Below are positions 40,665 through 53,617 of a DNA stretch of 64,000 nt, one piece after another (the stretch's first letter is position 1; the number at the start of each line of letters is the position of its first letter). The position numbers and the translations under genes were made by a program. Source of the DNA: Octopus vulgaris (Eukaryota); contig OX597818.1 of assembly GCA_951406725.2 (NCBI GenBank), positions 111,910,001-111,974,000 of the forward strand, in the 5' to 3' direction. The notes under the pieces are model-generated. The model did not search any database. It was given only the letters and a program-made list of their open reading frames with translations, and had not been told where the DNA came from.

Positions 40665-41040
40665 TATCTTGTTTCAGTCATTAGACTGCGGCCATACTGG
40701 AGCATCACTTCGATAAATCTTTAACTGGATGAACGGACCCAAGTACTCATCATTTTTTAAGCCTTGTACTTATTCTATTGGTGTCTTTTGCCGAACCGCT
40801 ATGATACAGGGACATAAACGCACCAACACCGGTTGTCGAGCTGTTGTGGGGGGACAAACCCAAACACACACATACACACACACGCACACACATATTATAT
40901 AGAGATATATGTTCGACAGGCTTCTTTCAGTTTCCGTTCTGTGGCTATAGTAGAAGATATTTGCTCAAGGTGCCACCCAATGAGATTGAACCCAGAACCA
41001 TCTGGTTGGGAAGCATGCTTCTTACCACACATCCATGCCT
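40665..41040 (-). mobile_element. SINE family A, near full length
   Basis: Tail at about 40665, head cttaccacacatccatgcct at about 41040. Confidence 0.88.
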
Positions 41041-41219
41041 ACCCCTATTTGCTCAGCCACCAAAGTTTTTTCCTTTGCTTTATTTTGTGTTATGGTTTTA
41101 GGTTCGTAGGCTCTAAGGGTAAGTCTACGATTCATAGTGTTTCAGCTGTGCCGTACCCATCTGTTGTTTCCAGGACTAAATTATGTAACGCAACATTTCT
41201 CTTTTATTATGACTGTAGG

Positions 41220-41578
41220 CTGAGATTCTGCTAGAAATAGAAGCGTCATCTTCCTCAAATGACATCCTGTTGTTTTAAAGGACAGTAAATTTATTTACAG
41301 CTGGAAGCCTTGCTCAGTTACGGTTGTCCTGGGGCTAAATAGAAACATCAACGGAAATCAGAGGCAGCACAACCAACATCAACAACAGGAATATGAAGTG
41401 ACGAGGGAACATGTGATCAGCAGGACTCAACATGCTAAAAATAGCAGTCAAATCACTCTTAAACTAAACCTGATCAACTTAAATATGGAAAAATATAAAG
41501 AATGAACTAGCCCGTGGATGGTCATGGCCGGAGTGCTTTTCTTCATATGTCTGCTCGATCGCAGCTTAGCTAAACATT

Positions 41579-41614
<36 letters not shown>

Positions 41615-41830
41615 GTAGACAATCACAGGTGCTTTTCGTTAGCTAAATGTGAAACTTGCCTGAATAGATTTGTGAACCAGGGCGTTCTAACCGTGACCAA
41701 ACCGCCTGTCTTTGCTAACCTAGTATTGCATCGTCTGTTGTGCTGTTGTTTCTCAAAAACGCTTGGTTATGATTTAAAGGGTAATTTGACTACCATTTTT
41801 AGCATACAGCCTGGTCACAAAGGGGTCAAC
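41220..41830. repeat. Fragments of an older interspersed repeat (gctagaaatagcagccaaatc...ctggggctaaac type), also at about 20900-21115 and 21480-21570
   Basis: Recurring motifs ctagaaatagcagccaa and ggggctaaa in several degenerate copies. Confidence 0.55.
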
Positions 41831-42013
41831 AATAACAGACGCCAGCACAATCAACACCAGGGTATCAACACTTTCAACAAATTCTAATGCGACCACCACC
41901 ACAACCACCAACTACTACTACTACTACAACTACTACTACTACTACCACTACTGCTGCTGCTGCTACTACTACTACAACTACTACTACTACCACTACCACT
42001 ACTGCTGCTGCTG

Positions 42014-42068
<55 letters not shown>

Positions 42069-42194
42069 AAATACTACTACTTCTACCACTACTACTACTG
42101 CTGCTGCTGCTGCTACTACTACTACTAATACAAATACTACTACTTCTACCACTATTACTACTGCTGCTGCTGCTGCTAATGATACTACTACTAT

Positions 42195-42232
<38 letters not shown>

Positions 42233-43074
42233 ATACAAATACTACTACGTCTACCACTACTACTACTGCTGCTGCTGATGATGATGATGATACTACTGCC
42301 ACTACTACAACTATTTGGATGCTGCTACGCTGTTGTTTTGTTCTGTTATTTTAATTTTATTTTATTTTATTCCTGCAACAATCTTTGCCTGATGTTGCCA
42401 ACCATTCTACAGCGACAATACTTTTCCAGTAGTAGTAGCAGCAGTAGTTGTAGTAACAGCAATATTATTATTATTATTATTATTAATAGTAGTGGTGGTG
42501 GTGCTGGCAGTGGTTGTGGAGGTAGTACAGAAGCAGCAACAATCATAGTAGTACTTATAGTAATATAGTAGTAGTATTTATAGTAAGAGCAGCAGCAGTA
42601 GTGGTATTGGTGGTATTGGTGGTGGTGGTGGTGGTAGCAGCGTGATGCCGTTAGCACCGCGCGTGTGCGAGGGAGGAGGCTCGTCGCCAAAGTGAAAGTG
42701 TTAAGAGCATCGCCGGCAGCCATAATGACACTGAACGGGAGTCAGGGGCTGTCAGGGGGGGGGGGGGGCGATGGAGCGAGCGGCCGGGGAATCCTGGAGC
42801 GGTATTTTTAATGAGGTGTGGTAGGAGGGTTTGCGGCAAGGATGGCGGTGGCGGCAGCGGCTGCCGTGGTGGTGGTCGTGCTAGGAACAGCGCGAGTTCT
42901 GCTGTTATTGTTGTTGTTGTTGTTATTGGTGGTGGTGGTGATGGTGGTGTTAGCTGTGGTGCTAGTGAAGTAGTTAGAGTAGTGGCGGTGGTGGTAATGA
43001 TACAATTACTGAGGGTGGTGGTAGCGGTGGTGGTGGTGGAGATGGTGCTTATGTTGTTGATGCTGTTGCTGTTG

Positions 43075-43433
43075 TCGCCGTTGAGCGAAGCGGTCTTTTT
43101 CCCAGAGTGGGAGAAGTCCGAAACGTGGTCCTTTGCTATTCGTAATACCCGCAGAAGAGAAAGCAGGTCAACCCCCGACACCGACGGATGGATGAATGCG
43201 CATCCAGGGTCAGCGGTTGCGTAGGAAGTCGGGTACAGGAAACAGGAAGAAAGAGTGAGAGAAAGTTGGAGCGAAAGAGTACAACAGGGGTCACCCTCCC
43301 CCCTGCTGGAGCCTCGTGAAGCTTTTAGGTGTTTTCGCTGAATAAACACATACAACGCCCGGTCTGGGAATCGAAACCGCGATCCTCCGACCGCGAGTCC
43401 GCTGCCCTAACCACTGGGCCATTGCGCCTCCAC
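43075..43433 (-). mobile_element. SINE with head H1 and an alternative tail
   Basis: Minus strand gtggaggcgcaatggcccagtggttagggcagcggactcgcggtcggaggatcgcggtttcgattccc; diverges from the 15793 and 50004 copies after ctttcttcctgtttc. Confidence 0.88.
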
Positions 43434-43656
43434 GCTGATGTTGCTGTTGTTGATAGTGGTAGTGATAACGCTATTGCCGTTGTTGTTGTTGGTGGTGGTG
43501 TTGTTTTTGGTGCTGATGAGAATGCTGTCCCTGCCGCCGCCTCCGCTCGTGAAGTTCATCAATATCTTGATCATGTTGCTGCTGCTGACGATGATGATGA
43601 AGATGAAGATGGAGATGATGATGATGATGACGACGACGACGATGGTGATGATGATG

Positions 43657-43688
<32 letters not shown>

Positions 43689-44092
43689 AATGATGATGAT
43701 GATGATGATGATGACGACGATAACGACGACGACGATGGTGATGATGATGACGTTGATGATAATAATTATGGCCGTAATTATTCCATCGATTATAAAGAGA
43801 ATGCTGACAGTTTCGATGACGACAATAAAAACGACTCGTACAATGGAGAGAGAATGTTCACGCCGCAACGGTTATATCAGTGACAAGATGAACAGCAACA
43901 AGAACAACAACACTACTACTAATGGTTTCTTTTATTAGCCACATGGACCTTGTATAATAATCCTTTCATATTTTCACACAAGGTCAGCAGTTGTGAAACG
44001 GGAGCGGAGTCGCTTACACCGACCCTCAATGCTCAGCTCGTACAAATTCAATAATAATAAAAATAATAATAATGATAATAATAATAATGATA

Positions 44093-45289
44093 ATGGACGT
44101 TTAAGAGGAAGACACCGGGGACGTTTAAGATGTAAGAAGGAAAATACAGAGCTCCGAAATCTATCCACAAACATCGAAAACAAGGACACCCTATGGAGCC
44201 AAAGATTTACTAACAAAGAATTGGACTATATCCGAGTAAGTAATACGAATTGAAATTTATTACTATTTTCGAAACGAAATGATGTATTTTGACTCGATAT
44301 TATCTCCACCTCTAACACAACACATGTAAACATGCGTGGAACAACACGATCATCCCCGACCTCAAACACCATGTACAAAGGAACTACGAAGAAATTAAAT
44401 GCCACCGATACTATTCAACCCAAGAATAACAATCGAGCCCAATATACCCATCATGACTACCCGTCTGATAAAGGTACACCAGGCACATGCATCACAACCA
44501 TATGTGCGCGACATGGTGATCTCATATCAAGATAAACAGCACATGACCTTGCAGGTGGGGCCCAGTTAGAATTTTCTTCAGGTTGAGTAGCCCATCCCGC
44601 TCAAACGGTCCCTGAATAAGGGTTGTTTAAGGATGTTGAAAGAATCACCCATGTTTCCAGAGGTGAACTATTCAAACCCCAAAGAATCCTTCTCAACACA
44701 TGGCTATGATGCTCCCCCACTACTTCTGCTCGTGATCAGAGATGCATATATCGTCAGCCACTAAGGGACATGCTCAACTGGTTATGGTCAAACAACTGAC
44801 AAGCAAATCTGTGGTATACATTAAACCTACAACAAAAAATGTACGAAAAACTACACGTGCGAAATAATGTGACAACAGAAATAAACGGACCGGTACCCTA
44901 CGAAAATGACGACCGTCAAAATAATGGGCCGGACGTTGTACCTCATGTCCCGCAATTAAAACCCAAAAGACGTAAATGGACACGTGAGGAATACATTTCT
45001 ATCTTACACGCATACTTCACAGCAATGCTCTACCCACAAAATGAAAATACAACAACACATACATATAAAATATGGAAGGAAAATAATAGAGGTATAGACT
45101 TGACACCAGAACTTACAAACACATATAACATACAGAAAATTGCACTACTAGGCACTGCACACATCCTACGCAGAACACTTTCCATACAATAACCATCAGA
45201 GCATCACAACAAATCACAGCACATACCCAAGGCACACAGAGCTGCGCTCGGTAGTGAAGTGAAAGCACGCTATAAAAATAAAACTACTG
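44093..45289 (+). mobile_element. Internally deleted R4/Dong-like retrotransposon flanked by (AAT)n
   Basis: Both flanks are AAT repeats. Contains fused N- and C-terminal ORF motifs and a 3' UTR ending aaaataaaactactg(aat)n. The left boundary is less certain. Confidence 0.8.
44839..45192 (+). pseudogene. 117-aa in-frame fusion of Dong/R4 ORF N-terminus and extreme C-terminus (no RT)
   Basis: KRRKWTREEYISILHAYF (Myb-like N-terminal motif of the R4 clade) is joined near 45102 to TPELTNTYNIQKIALLGTAHILRRTLS (typical C-terminal QKxxLLGTAHILR). Confidence 0.8.
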
Positions 45290-45312
45290 AATAATAATAA
45301 TAATAATAATAA

Positions 45313-45868
45313 ATGCCCTGATGCAGTACCAGGCAGTGGCTCTCATGGCTTCTGATCTTAACTGATTGGAAGTGTTATCATGTACATTGTTTTGTCTTGG
45401 TATAAAAGATGGGCTACAGCAAATATTCTGCTCAATACCACAGATTTGCTTGTCAGTTGTTTGACCATAACCAGTTGAGCATGTCCCTTAGTGGCTGACG
45501 ATATATGCATCTCTGATCACGAGCAGAAGTAGTGGGGGAGCATCATAGCCATGTGTTGAGAAGGATTCTTTGGGGTTTGAATAGTTCACCTCTGGAAACA
45601 TGGGTGATTCTTTCAACATCCTTAAACAACCCTTATTCAGGGACCGTTTGAGCGGGATGGGCTACTCAACCTGAAGAAAATTCTAACTGGGCCCCACCTG
45701 CAAGGTCATGTGCTGTTTATCTTGATATGAGATCACCATGTCGCGCACATATGGTTGTGATGCATGTGCCTGGTGTACCTTTATCAGACGGGTAGTCATG
45801 ATGGGTATATTGGGCTTCGTATATTTTACCCCAGTGTCACTTTGATGGCATGCAATGCTCTCTCATTC
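45313..45868. mobile_element. Family D, about 555-bp (AAT)n-associated non-coding element, full copy
   Basis: atgccctgatgcagtacc...ctctctcattc, flanked by AAT repeats; homologues at 46901, 47505 and 51401. Confidence 0.9.
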
Positions 45869-45904
<36 letters not shown>

Positions 45905-46630
45905 CGTTTCTTTATTGGACACAAGGGCAAAATTCTAGCTGAAATTTGAGCGGCGCTTGAACAATTCTGCCAACTTGAATAGTAGATCTGCCGGTAATAC
46001 TAGCAGGAGGTAAGTAATTTGTTGAGGAACGTGCAAGAGATAAAATCAATTAAAAAGAATCGAATATAATGATTGATAGGTATGGTATTGACATCAGGTT
46101 GACTGTCTTGTGAAATTGAAACGTTTCCAGTAGATCAGGGAGAAGCGACCATTCTTTACGGATTGTTTCTGTCAATGTCCACAAAACCAATGTCAGTAAG
46201 TGTAGAGAATGATTACAAAGATGATGCAGATGCTGATGATGACGACGACGACGACAATGATGAGGAGGAGGTGGAAGAGGAGGAGTGTTGATGATGAAGA
46301 TTTCATTAAAAATGACACAGGGGCGAACGCATCTAATGCGAAGGATAAAGTCGCTTAAATAGACCTCGCTTTACGGCTAGTATTTATATTTACGTAATAC
46401 AGGCTGAAGATCTCTTATAATATTCCATTCTATTATAAGCGCAAGGCCTGGAATTTCGAGTGAGGGACACCAGTATTCGACTGGTACTTATTTCATCGAC
46501 CGCGAAAGGATGAAAGTCACAGTCGACCGCAGAGGAATTTTAACTCAGAACGTAATTGCCGGACAAGATACCGCCCGGTGCAGTGACGGCTCTGTCAGCT
46601 TACCGCCTTAATAATAATGATGATAATTAC

Positions 46631-46686
<56 letters not shown>

Positions 46687-46732
46687 CAACAACAACAACA
46701 ATAACAACAACAACAACAACAATAATAATAAC

Positions 46733-46779
<47 letters not shown>

Positions 46780-46808
46780 TAATAATAATGATGATGATGA
46801 TGATGATG

Positions 46809-46884
<76 letters not shown>

Positions 46885-46900
46885 TAATAATACTAATAAT

Positions 46901-47397
46901 AGTGTTATCATGTACATTGTTTTGTCTTGGTATAAAAGATGGGCTATAGCAAATATTCTGCACAATACCACAGATTTGCTTGTCAGTTGTTTGACCTTAA
47001 CCAGTTGAGCATGTCCCTTAGTGGCTAACAATATGTGCATCTCTGATCACTTGCAGAAGAGTGGGGGAGCATCATAGCCATGTGTTGAGAGAGATTGTTT
47101 GGGGTTCAGATAATACACGTTTGGAAACATGGGTGTTTCGTTCAACATCCTTAAACAATCCTTATTCAGGGACCTTTTGAGTGGGATGGGTTACTCGACC
47201 AGAAGAAAATTCTAACTGGGTCTCACCTGCAAGGTCATGCGCTGTTTATCTTGACATGGGATCACCATGTCGCGCACATATGGTTGTGATGCATGTGCCT
47301 ACTTTACTCTTCTCAGACGGGTAGTCATGATAGGTATACTGGGCTTCGTATATTTTACCCCAGTATCACTTTGATGGCATGCATAGCTCTCTCACTC
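46901..47397. mobile_element. Family D, left-truncated copy
   Basis: Aligns to about 45370-45868; AAT flanks. Confidence 0.9.
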
Positions 47398-47434
47398 AAT
47401 AATAATAATGATAATAATAATAATAATAATAATG

Positions 47435-47504
<70 letters not shown>

Positions 47505-47505
<1 letters not shown>

Positions 47506-48049
47506 CGCCATGATGCAGTAGCAGGCAGTGGCTCTCGTAGCTTCTGACATGAACTGATTGCAAACGTTATCATGAACATGTTTTGTCTTAGTGTAAAAGG
47601 TGGGCTCCAGGAAATATTAAGCTCAATACCGCAGATGTGCTTGACCTTAATCAGTTGAGAAAGTCCTTTAGTGACTGACGTTATGTGCATCTCCGATACC
47701 GAGCAGGAGTAGGGGGGGGTATCATAATCATGTGTTGAGTGGAATTGTTTGGGGTTTGAATAATTCCTCCTTGGAAGCATGGGTTTCTGTTACATGATCC
47801 TTAAAACAAACCTTATTCAGGGACCTTTTGATTAGGATGACCTACTCGACCAGAAGAAAATTCTAACTGGGCCCCACCTGCAAGATCGTGTCCTATTTAT
47901 CTTGATACGAGATCAGCACGTCCCGTACATATGGTTGTTATACATGTGCCTGATGTACCCTTATCAGACGGGTGGTCATGCTGTGTATATTGGGATTCAT
48001 ATATTTGTGCCTCAGTGTCATTTTGATGGCATTCGCTGCTCTCTAACTC
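47505..48049. mobile_element. Family D, diverged copy
   Basis: Aligns end to end with 45313-45868. Confidence 0.9.
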
Positions 48050-48229
48050 AATGATAATTATGTCCTTTTGTTTAGCATAGGGACGTCTAATAATATCTAT
48101 GTAGCAAGCGATCGATATTAGGAAAAAAACTAGGCTACATGCAGTTCGATATAGATATAAACAAGTGAAAAGATACAGTCATAAATAAGTACTGCTGCTG
48201 TTTTTGTTGTTGTTGTTGTTGTTGTTGTT

Positions 48230-48423
48230 AAGCAACAAGACGGGTCAGGGTGATTAGGTGATGGTCTGGGGCTTAGGGGTGGGAGACCCCAGACCTTGGA
48301 AAAAAAAAAATTTGGTCGTCTTGTTCTAGTTGAGGGCTCTTCGTTGACGCCCGACACCACTGGGAGGTGGCCCTGAAACTCACTGGAAATGGAGATCTCC
48401 AGGTCCAAATTCTTGAACGGCTG
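48230..48423. mobile_element. About 190-bp structured repeat, copy 2
   Basis: Homologous to 6521-6713. Confidence 0.85.
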
Positions 48424-48511
48424 CTGCTACAACTACTACTACTACTACTACTATTACTACTACTTAGTAGTAGCAGTAGTAGTAATATATGGTAGCTACT
48501 TACAGAGAGCG

Positions 48512-48549
<38 letters not shown>

Positions 48550-48995
48550 AGGGCAGTATCAAGAAACAGCTGGTAATCATTTTGAGCTGACGACACTGCT
48601 GGGGCAGCGTGAAATGGAGTGGAGTGTCTGGCTGAAGGACGGCACGCCGCGTCCGAGTCGAGGAACTAAACTCCTGATCCTATGGTTATGGATCCAAGAC
48701 AATAACCACCAGGCCACGCGCCTTCACATATTTACTACTGCTACACTACGACGACGACCACGACGACGCTGCCTACCATAACCACACCACAACTACCACC
48801 ACCAGCACCACCAGCACCACAATTACCACTATTACTACGAAGACGACGACCACCACCACCACTACCATCAACAATTGATGGTCACCATCAACAACAGCAC
48901 AACTACTACTATTGCTGCTGCTGCTACCACTACCACTACCACTACTACTGCTACTCCTGTTGTTGCTACTACTACAACTACAACTTCTGCTGTTG

Positions 48996-49062
<67 letters not shown>

Positions 49063-49350
49063 AAGATTTGCCATATGTGTATCTTTCATAGTTAATGTTT
49101 TATATTTCGCTTGTTTTACTCACTAGTAGAAGGCACCAGCTGAAATTCACACGCTGTGGGACTGAACCCGGAACCATGTGGTTGGAAAAGCAAATGTCTT
49201 ACCACTCTGCCATGTTGGCGCTTATTTGTTTATATTTTATGCTTTATCGTTACAAAGACGGCCAAAGTTCATAACACTGAAGGCATGGCAAGGCATATAT
49301 ATATAGATATATATATATATAGATATATATAGATATATAGATATATAAAT

Positions 49351-49385
<35 letters not shown>

Positions 49386-49499
49386 TATATATATTTATAT
49401 ATATGTATGTATATATATATATACACACACACATGTATGTATGTATATATATGTATGTATGTATATATATATGTATATAAATATGTATATATATATGTG

Positions 49500-49749
49500 T
49501 GTGTGTGTTGTTTGTGTCTGTTTGTAACCCCACCATCGCTTGCCAACCGATGCTGGTGTGTTTACGTCCCCGTAACTTAGCGGTTCGGCGTAGAGATTCC
49601 AATAGAATAAGTACTAGGCTGACAATGAATAAGTCCTGGGGTCGATTTATTCGACTAAAGGTGGTGCTCCAGCATGGCCGCAGTGAAATGATTGAAACAT
49701 ATAAAAGAGTAAAAGAGTATATATATGTGTGTGTGTGTATTTTGCGTGA

Positions 49750-49802
<53 letters not shown>

Positions 49803-49980
49803 TGTGCTTGTCCCCTCACTATCATTTGACAACCGATGTTGGTGTGTTTACGTCCCCGTAACTTAGAGGTTCGGCAAACGGATCGATAGAATAAATACTT
49901 AGCGTCGATTTGTTTGACCAAAGACGGTGCCCCAGCATGGCCGTACTCAAATGACTGAAAGGAGTAAGAGAATAAAAGAA
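49500..49980 (+). mobile_element. Two tandem SINE A 3' halves (49500-49718, 49790-49980)
   Basis: caaccgatgctggtgtgtttacgtccccgtaacttag...ccagcatggccg occurs twice. Confidence 0.88.
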
Positions 49981-50003
49981 TGAATGTATATATATTTATA
50001 TCG

Positions 50004-50380
50004 TGGCACTCCGTCGGTTGCGACGATGAGGGTTCCAGTTGATCCGATCAACGGAACAGCTTGCTCGTGAAATTAACGTGCAAGTGGCTGAGCACTCCGC
50101 AGACACGTGTACTCTTAACGTATTTCTCAGGGAGATTCAGGGTGACACAGAGTGTGGAAAGGCTGACCCTTTGAAATACATGTATAAAAGAAACAGGAAG
50201 AAAGAGTGAGAGAAAAAGTATAGCAGGGATCGACACTAGCCCCTGCCAGAGGTCGTGGAGCTTTAGGTTAGCCCCTGCCAGAGGTCGTGGAGCTTTAGAT
50301 GTTTTCGCTCAATAGACACTCGAAACCGCGATTCTACGAAAGCGAATCCGCTGTTCTAACCACTGGGCCATTGTGCCTCA
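50004..50380 (-). mobile_element. SINE C (H1 plus T1) with a 32-bp internal tandem duplication
   Basis: tagcccctgccagaggtcgtggagctttag at 50237 and 50269. Confidence 0.88.
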
Positions 50381-50388
50381 CACACACA

Positions 50389-50434
<46 letters not shown>

Positions 50435-51074
50435 TATTGAAGATTAATACTTGAAGGGAAACCGTGAGTAGAAACTGAGAGTATATTGGAGACGTAGACG
50501 AGAAAATAAAGGATTGTTGGGAATTTCGGCGTGGAACGAATAGAGACCGAAAGAATAAGACCATAAACGGTAACAAGAACAACATCATCATCATCAACAA
50601 CAACAACAACAATAACAGAGCATTAAGGGCGACACAGAACAAAACGTTTTGTGTGTGTATGTGTGTGTGTATTTGTGTGTGCGTGTGTGTTTTATGAGGG
50701 TTTTGCACCTAAATTTGTGTAACAAAAAAAGAAAGAGTCAAATAATAGAACAATAACATTTTAACTGTGAATATTGCTGAACAAGGATGAGATGTTCGAG
50801 ACTGCTCATGGAAAATCCCCGTAAAAACCACGGGTGGCTTCCCCCGGAATAATAAAAGAAATTATGACAAAAGGCAAGCAAAAATACAAAGAAAGCAAAC
50901 GGGATTCCGCATATGAATAACAGAAAATTGTATTGCAAGGCAGCACATTTATGTTCTGTAGGGAACTTTCGATGCAACAGAAAGGAAAAGAACGAAGGAA
51001 AACGCGTAAAACAAAGCAAGAAGCATAAGCCCCAAAGGAATGTGGGCAACACTATTGAAAAGAGAAAAAGATTA

Positions 51075-51279
51075 TTTCTGCTACACAAGGCCTGGAATTT
51101 TTGGGGAGGGAACTATTTGATTACATCGACAGCATTGCTTGACTGGTACTTAATTTATCGATCCCGCAAGGATGAAAAGCAAAGTCAACCTAAGCGGAAT
51201 TTGAACTCAGAACGTAAAGACGGACGAAATGCCGTTAGCTATTTTCCCGGCGTATTAACGATTCTACCAGCTCGTCAGT

Positions 51280-51280
<1 letters not shown>
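51075..51280 (-). mobile_element. SINE family B variant; similar copies at about 19065-19248, 46425-46608 and 51945-52350
   Basis: actggtacttaatttatcgatcccgcaaggatgaaaagcaaagtcaac core. Confidence 0.8.
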
Positions 51281-51333
<53 letters not shown>

Positions 51334-51360
51334 GCAATAATAATAATAATAATAATAATA

Positions 51361-51400
<40 letters not shown>

Positions 51401-51868
51401 ATGCCCTGATGCAGTACCAGGCATTGGTTCTCTAATTGATTAGAAATGTTATCATGTACATTGTTTTGTCTTGGTATAAAAGATGGACTACAGCAAATAT
51501 TTTGCTCAATACCACAGATTTGCTTGTCAGTTGTTTGACCTTAACCAATTGAGCATGTCCCTTAGTGGCTGACGATATGTGCATCTCTGATCACGAGCAG
51601 AAGTAGTGGGGGAGCATCATAGCTATGTGTTGAGAGGAATTCACCTCTGGAAACATCGGAGTTTTGTTCAACATCCTTAAACAACCCTTATTCAGGGAGC
51701 TTTTGAGCGGGATGAGTTACTTGATATGAGATCACCATGTCGCGCACATATGGTTGTGATTCATGTGCCTGGTGTAGCCTTATCAGACGGGTAGTCATGA
51801 TGGGTATACTGGGCTTCGTATATTTCTACCCCAGTGTCACTTCGATGGCATGCACCACCCCCTCACTC
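51401..51868. mobile_element. Family D copy with small internal deletions
   Basis: Same termini and AAT flanks as 45313-45868. Confidence 0.9.
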
Positions 51869-51927
<59 letters not shown>

Positions 51928-52161
51928 TAACAATAATAATAATCCTTTCTTCTATAGGTACAAGGCATGAAATCATTTTGGCGAGTGTGTTAGTCGATTT
52001 TACCGACACCCGCTACACTTGATCGATTGGTACTCGTTCCACTGATTTCAAACATGAAAGGTAAAGTCAACACCGGCGTCATTTGAACGCAAAACCTAAA
52101 ATTGGAAAGACCCTTTTATTTCCCCGGCGCAGTAACGATTTTGGCTGTCTCATCAACAACA

Positions 52162-52196
<35 letters not shown>

Positions 52197-52354
52197 AATA
52201 ATAACAATAATCTTTTCTATTACAGGCACTGAAATTTGGGGAAAGGGGACGAGTCGATTACATCGACATCAGTGCGTAAGTGGTACTTTATTTATCGACC
52301 GGATGAAAGACAAAGTCGACCTTGGCGGCATTTGAAGTCAGAACGTGAAAACAG

Positions 52355-52417
<63 letters not shown>

Positions 52418-52443
52418 TAGTAACAGCAGCTGCAATAGTAGCT

Positions 52444-52498
<55 letters not shown>

Positions 52499-52883
52499 CA
52501 ACAGCCAGGAGAGGCAAGCGAGTGCTGTAAGAGTGTCTGTTTACACCACTTCATCTCTTTAGAAAGGTGTTTCTTATGAAATGCCTTCTCTGAAGGCGTG
52601 ACACCTTAATACACACACACACACACATAGGGCAAGTACAAAAGCCAGAACTGGAGATACAAAAATATCATCATCATCATCATCATCATCATCGCGTCGT
52701 CGTCGTCGTCGTTATCAACAATAACAATGTAACAACAATAACGGTTTCTGGTAGAAAGACAACAATGTTGGTGGAAAGCGGGTGGGATTGTTATCGATTA
52801 CATCGACACCAGTGTTTAACTGGTACTCTTTTTTTTATCGAATCTGAAAACAGGAAAGAATTTGAAATCTCAACGTAAATACG

Positions 52884-53340
52884 GACGAAATACCTATTTC
52901 TTTACTACCCACAGGGGGTTAAACACAGAGAGGACAAACAAGGGTAGACAAACGGATTAAATCGATTATATCGACCCCAGTGCGTAACTGGTACTTAATT
53001 TATCGACCTCGAAAGGATGAAAGGCAAAGTCGACCTCGGCGGAATTTGAACTCAGAACATAGCGGCAGACGAAATACCGTTAAGGACTTCGTTCGGCGTG
53101 CTGACATTTCTTATTTCTCTATTGCCCACTAGGGGGCTAAATATAGAGGGGACAAACAAGGACAGACAAAGGGATTAAGTCGATTACATTGACCCCAGTG
53201 CGTGACTGGTACTTAATTTATCGACCCCGAAAGGATGAGAGGTAAAGTCGACCTCGGCGGAATTCGAGCTCAGAACGTAACGGCAGGCGAAATGCCGCTA
53301 AGCATTTCGACCGTCGTGCTAACATTTCTGCTAGTTCGCT
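52884..53340 (-). mobile_element. SINE family B head-to-tail pair adjoining an older B copy (about 52790-52890)
   Basis: Junction gacgaaatacctatttc at 52884. Confidence 0.9.
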
Positions 53341-53578
53341 GTCAGAACGACAACAAAATGAACGACGACGACGATGATGATGATGATGATGCTGATGATG
53401 AAAACAATAATGGCGAATGAGGTGATGATGATGATGATGGTGGTGATGATGATGATTTGTGTTCTCTGCCTCTAGGGCAGCTGTTGAAGGGGTCATTTGA
53501 AAGACACACTACAGAAAGTGTGGGTGTTTACACAGAATCAAATGAGATTTTTAAAAATGAACGGAAAGAGCTGTAAAG

Positions 53579-53617
<39 letters not shown>

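Noticed and set aside
43360-43433. tRNA-like sequence with good A and B boxes (also 21136-21205)
   Set aside because: Continues directly into SINE body and lacks a proper acceptor stem; these are SINE heads, not tRNA genes.
41874-43938. Mucin-like poly-T and acidic poly-D ORFs
   Set aside because: Microsatellite translations that run through a SINE.
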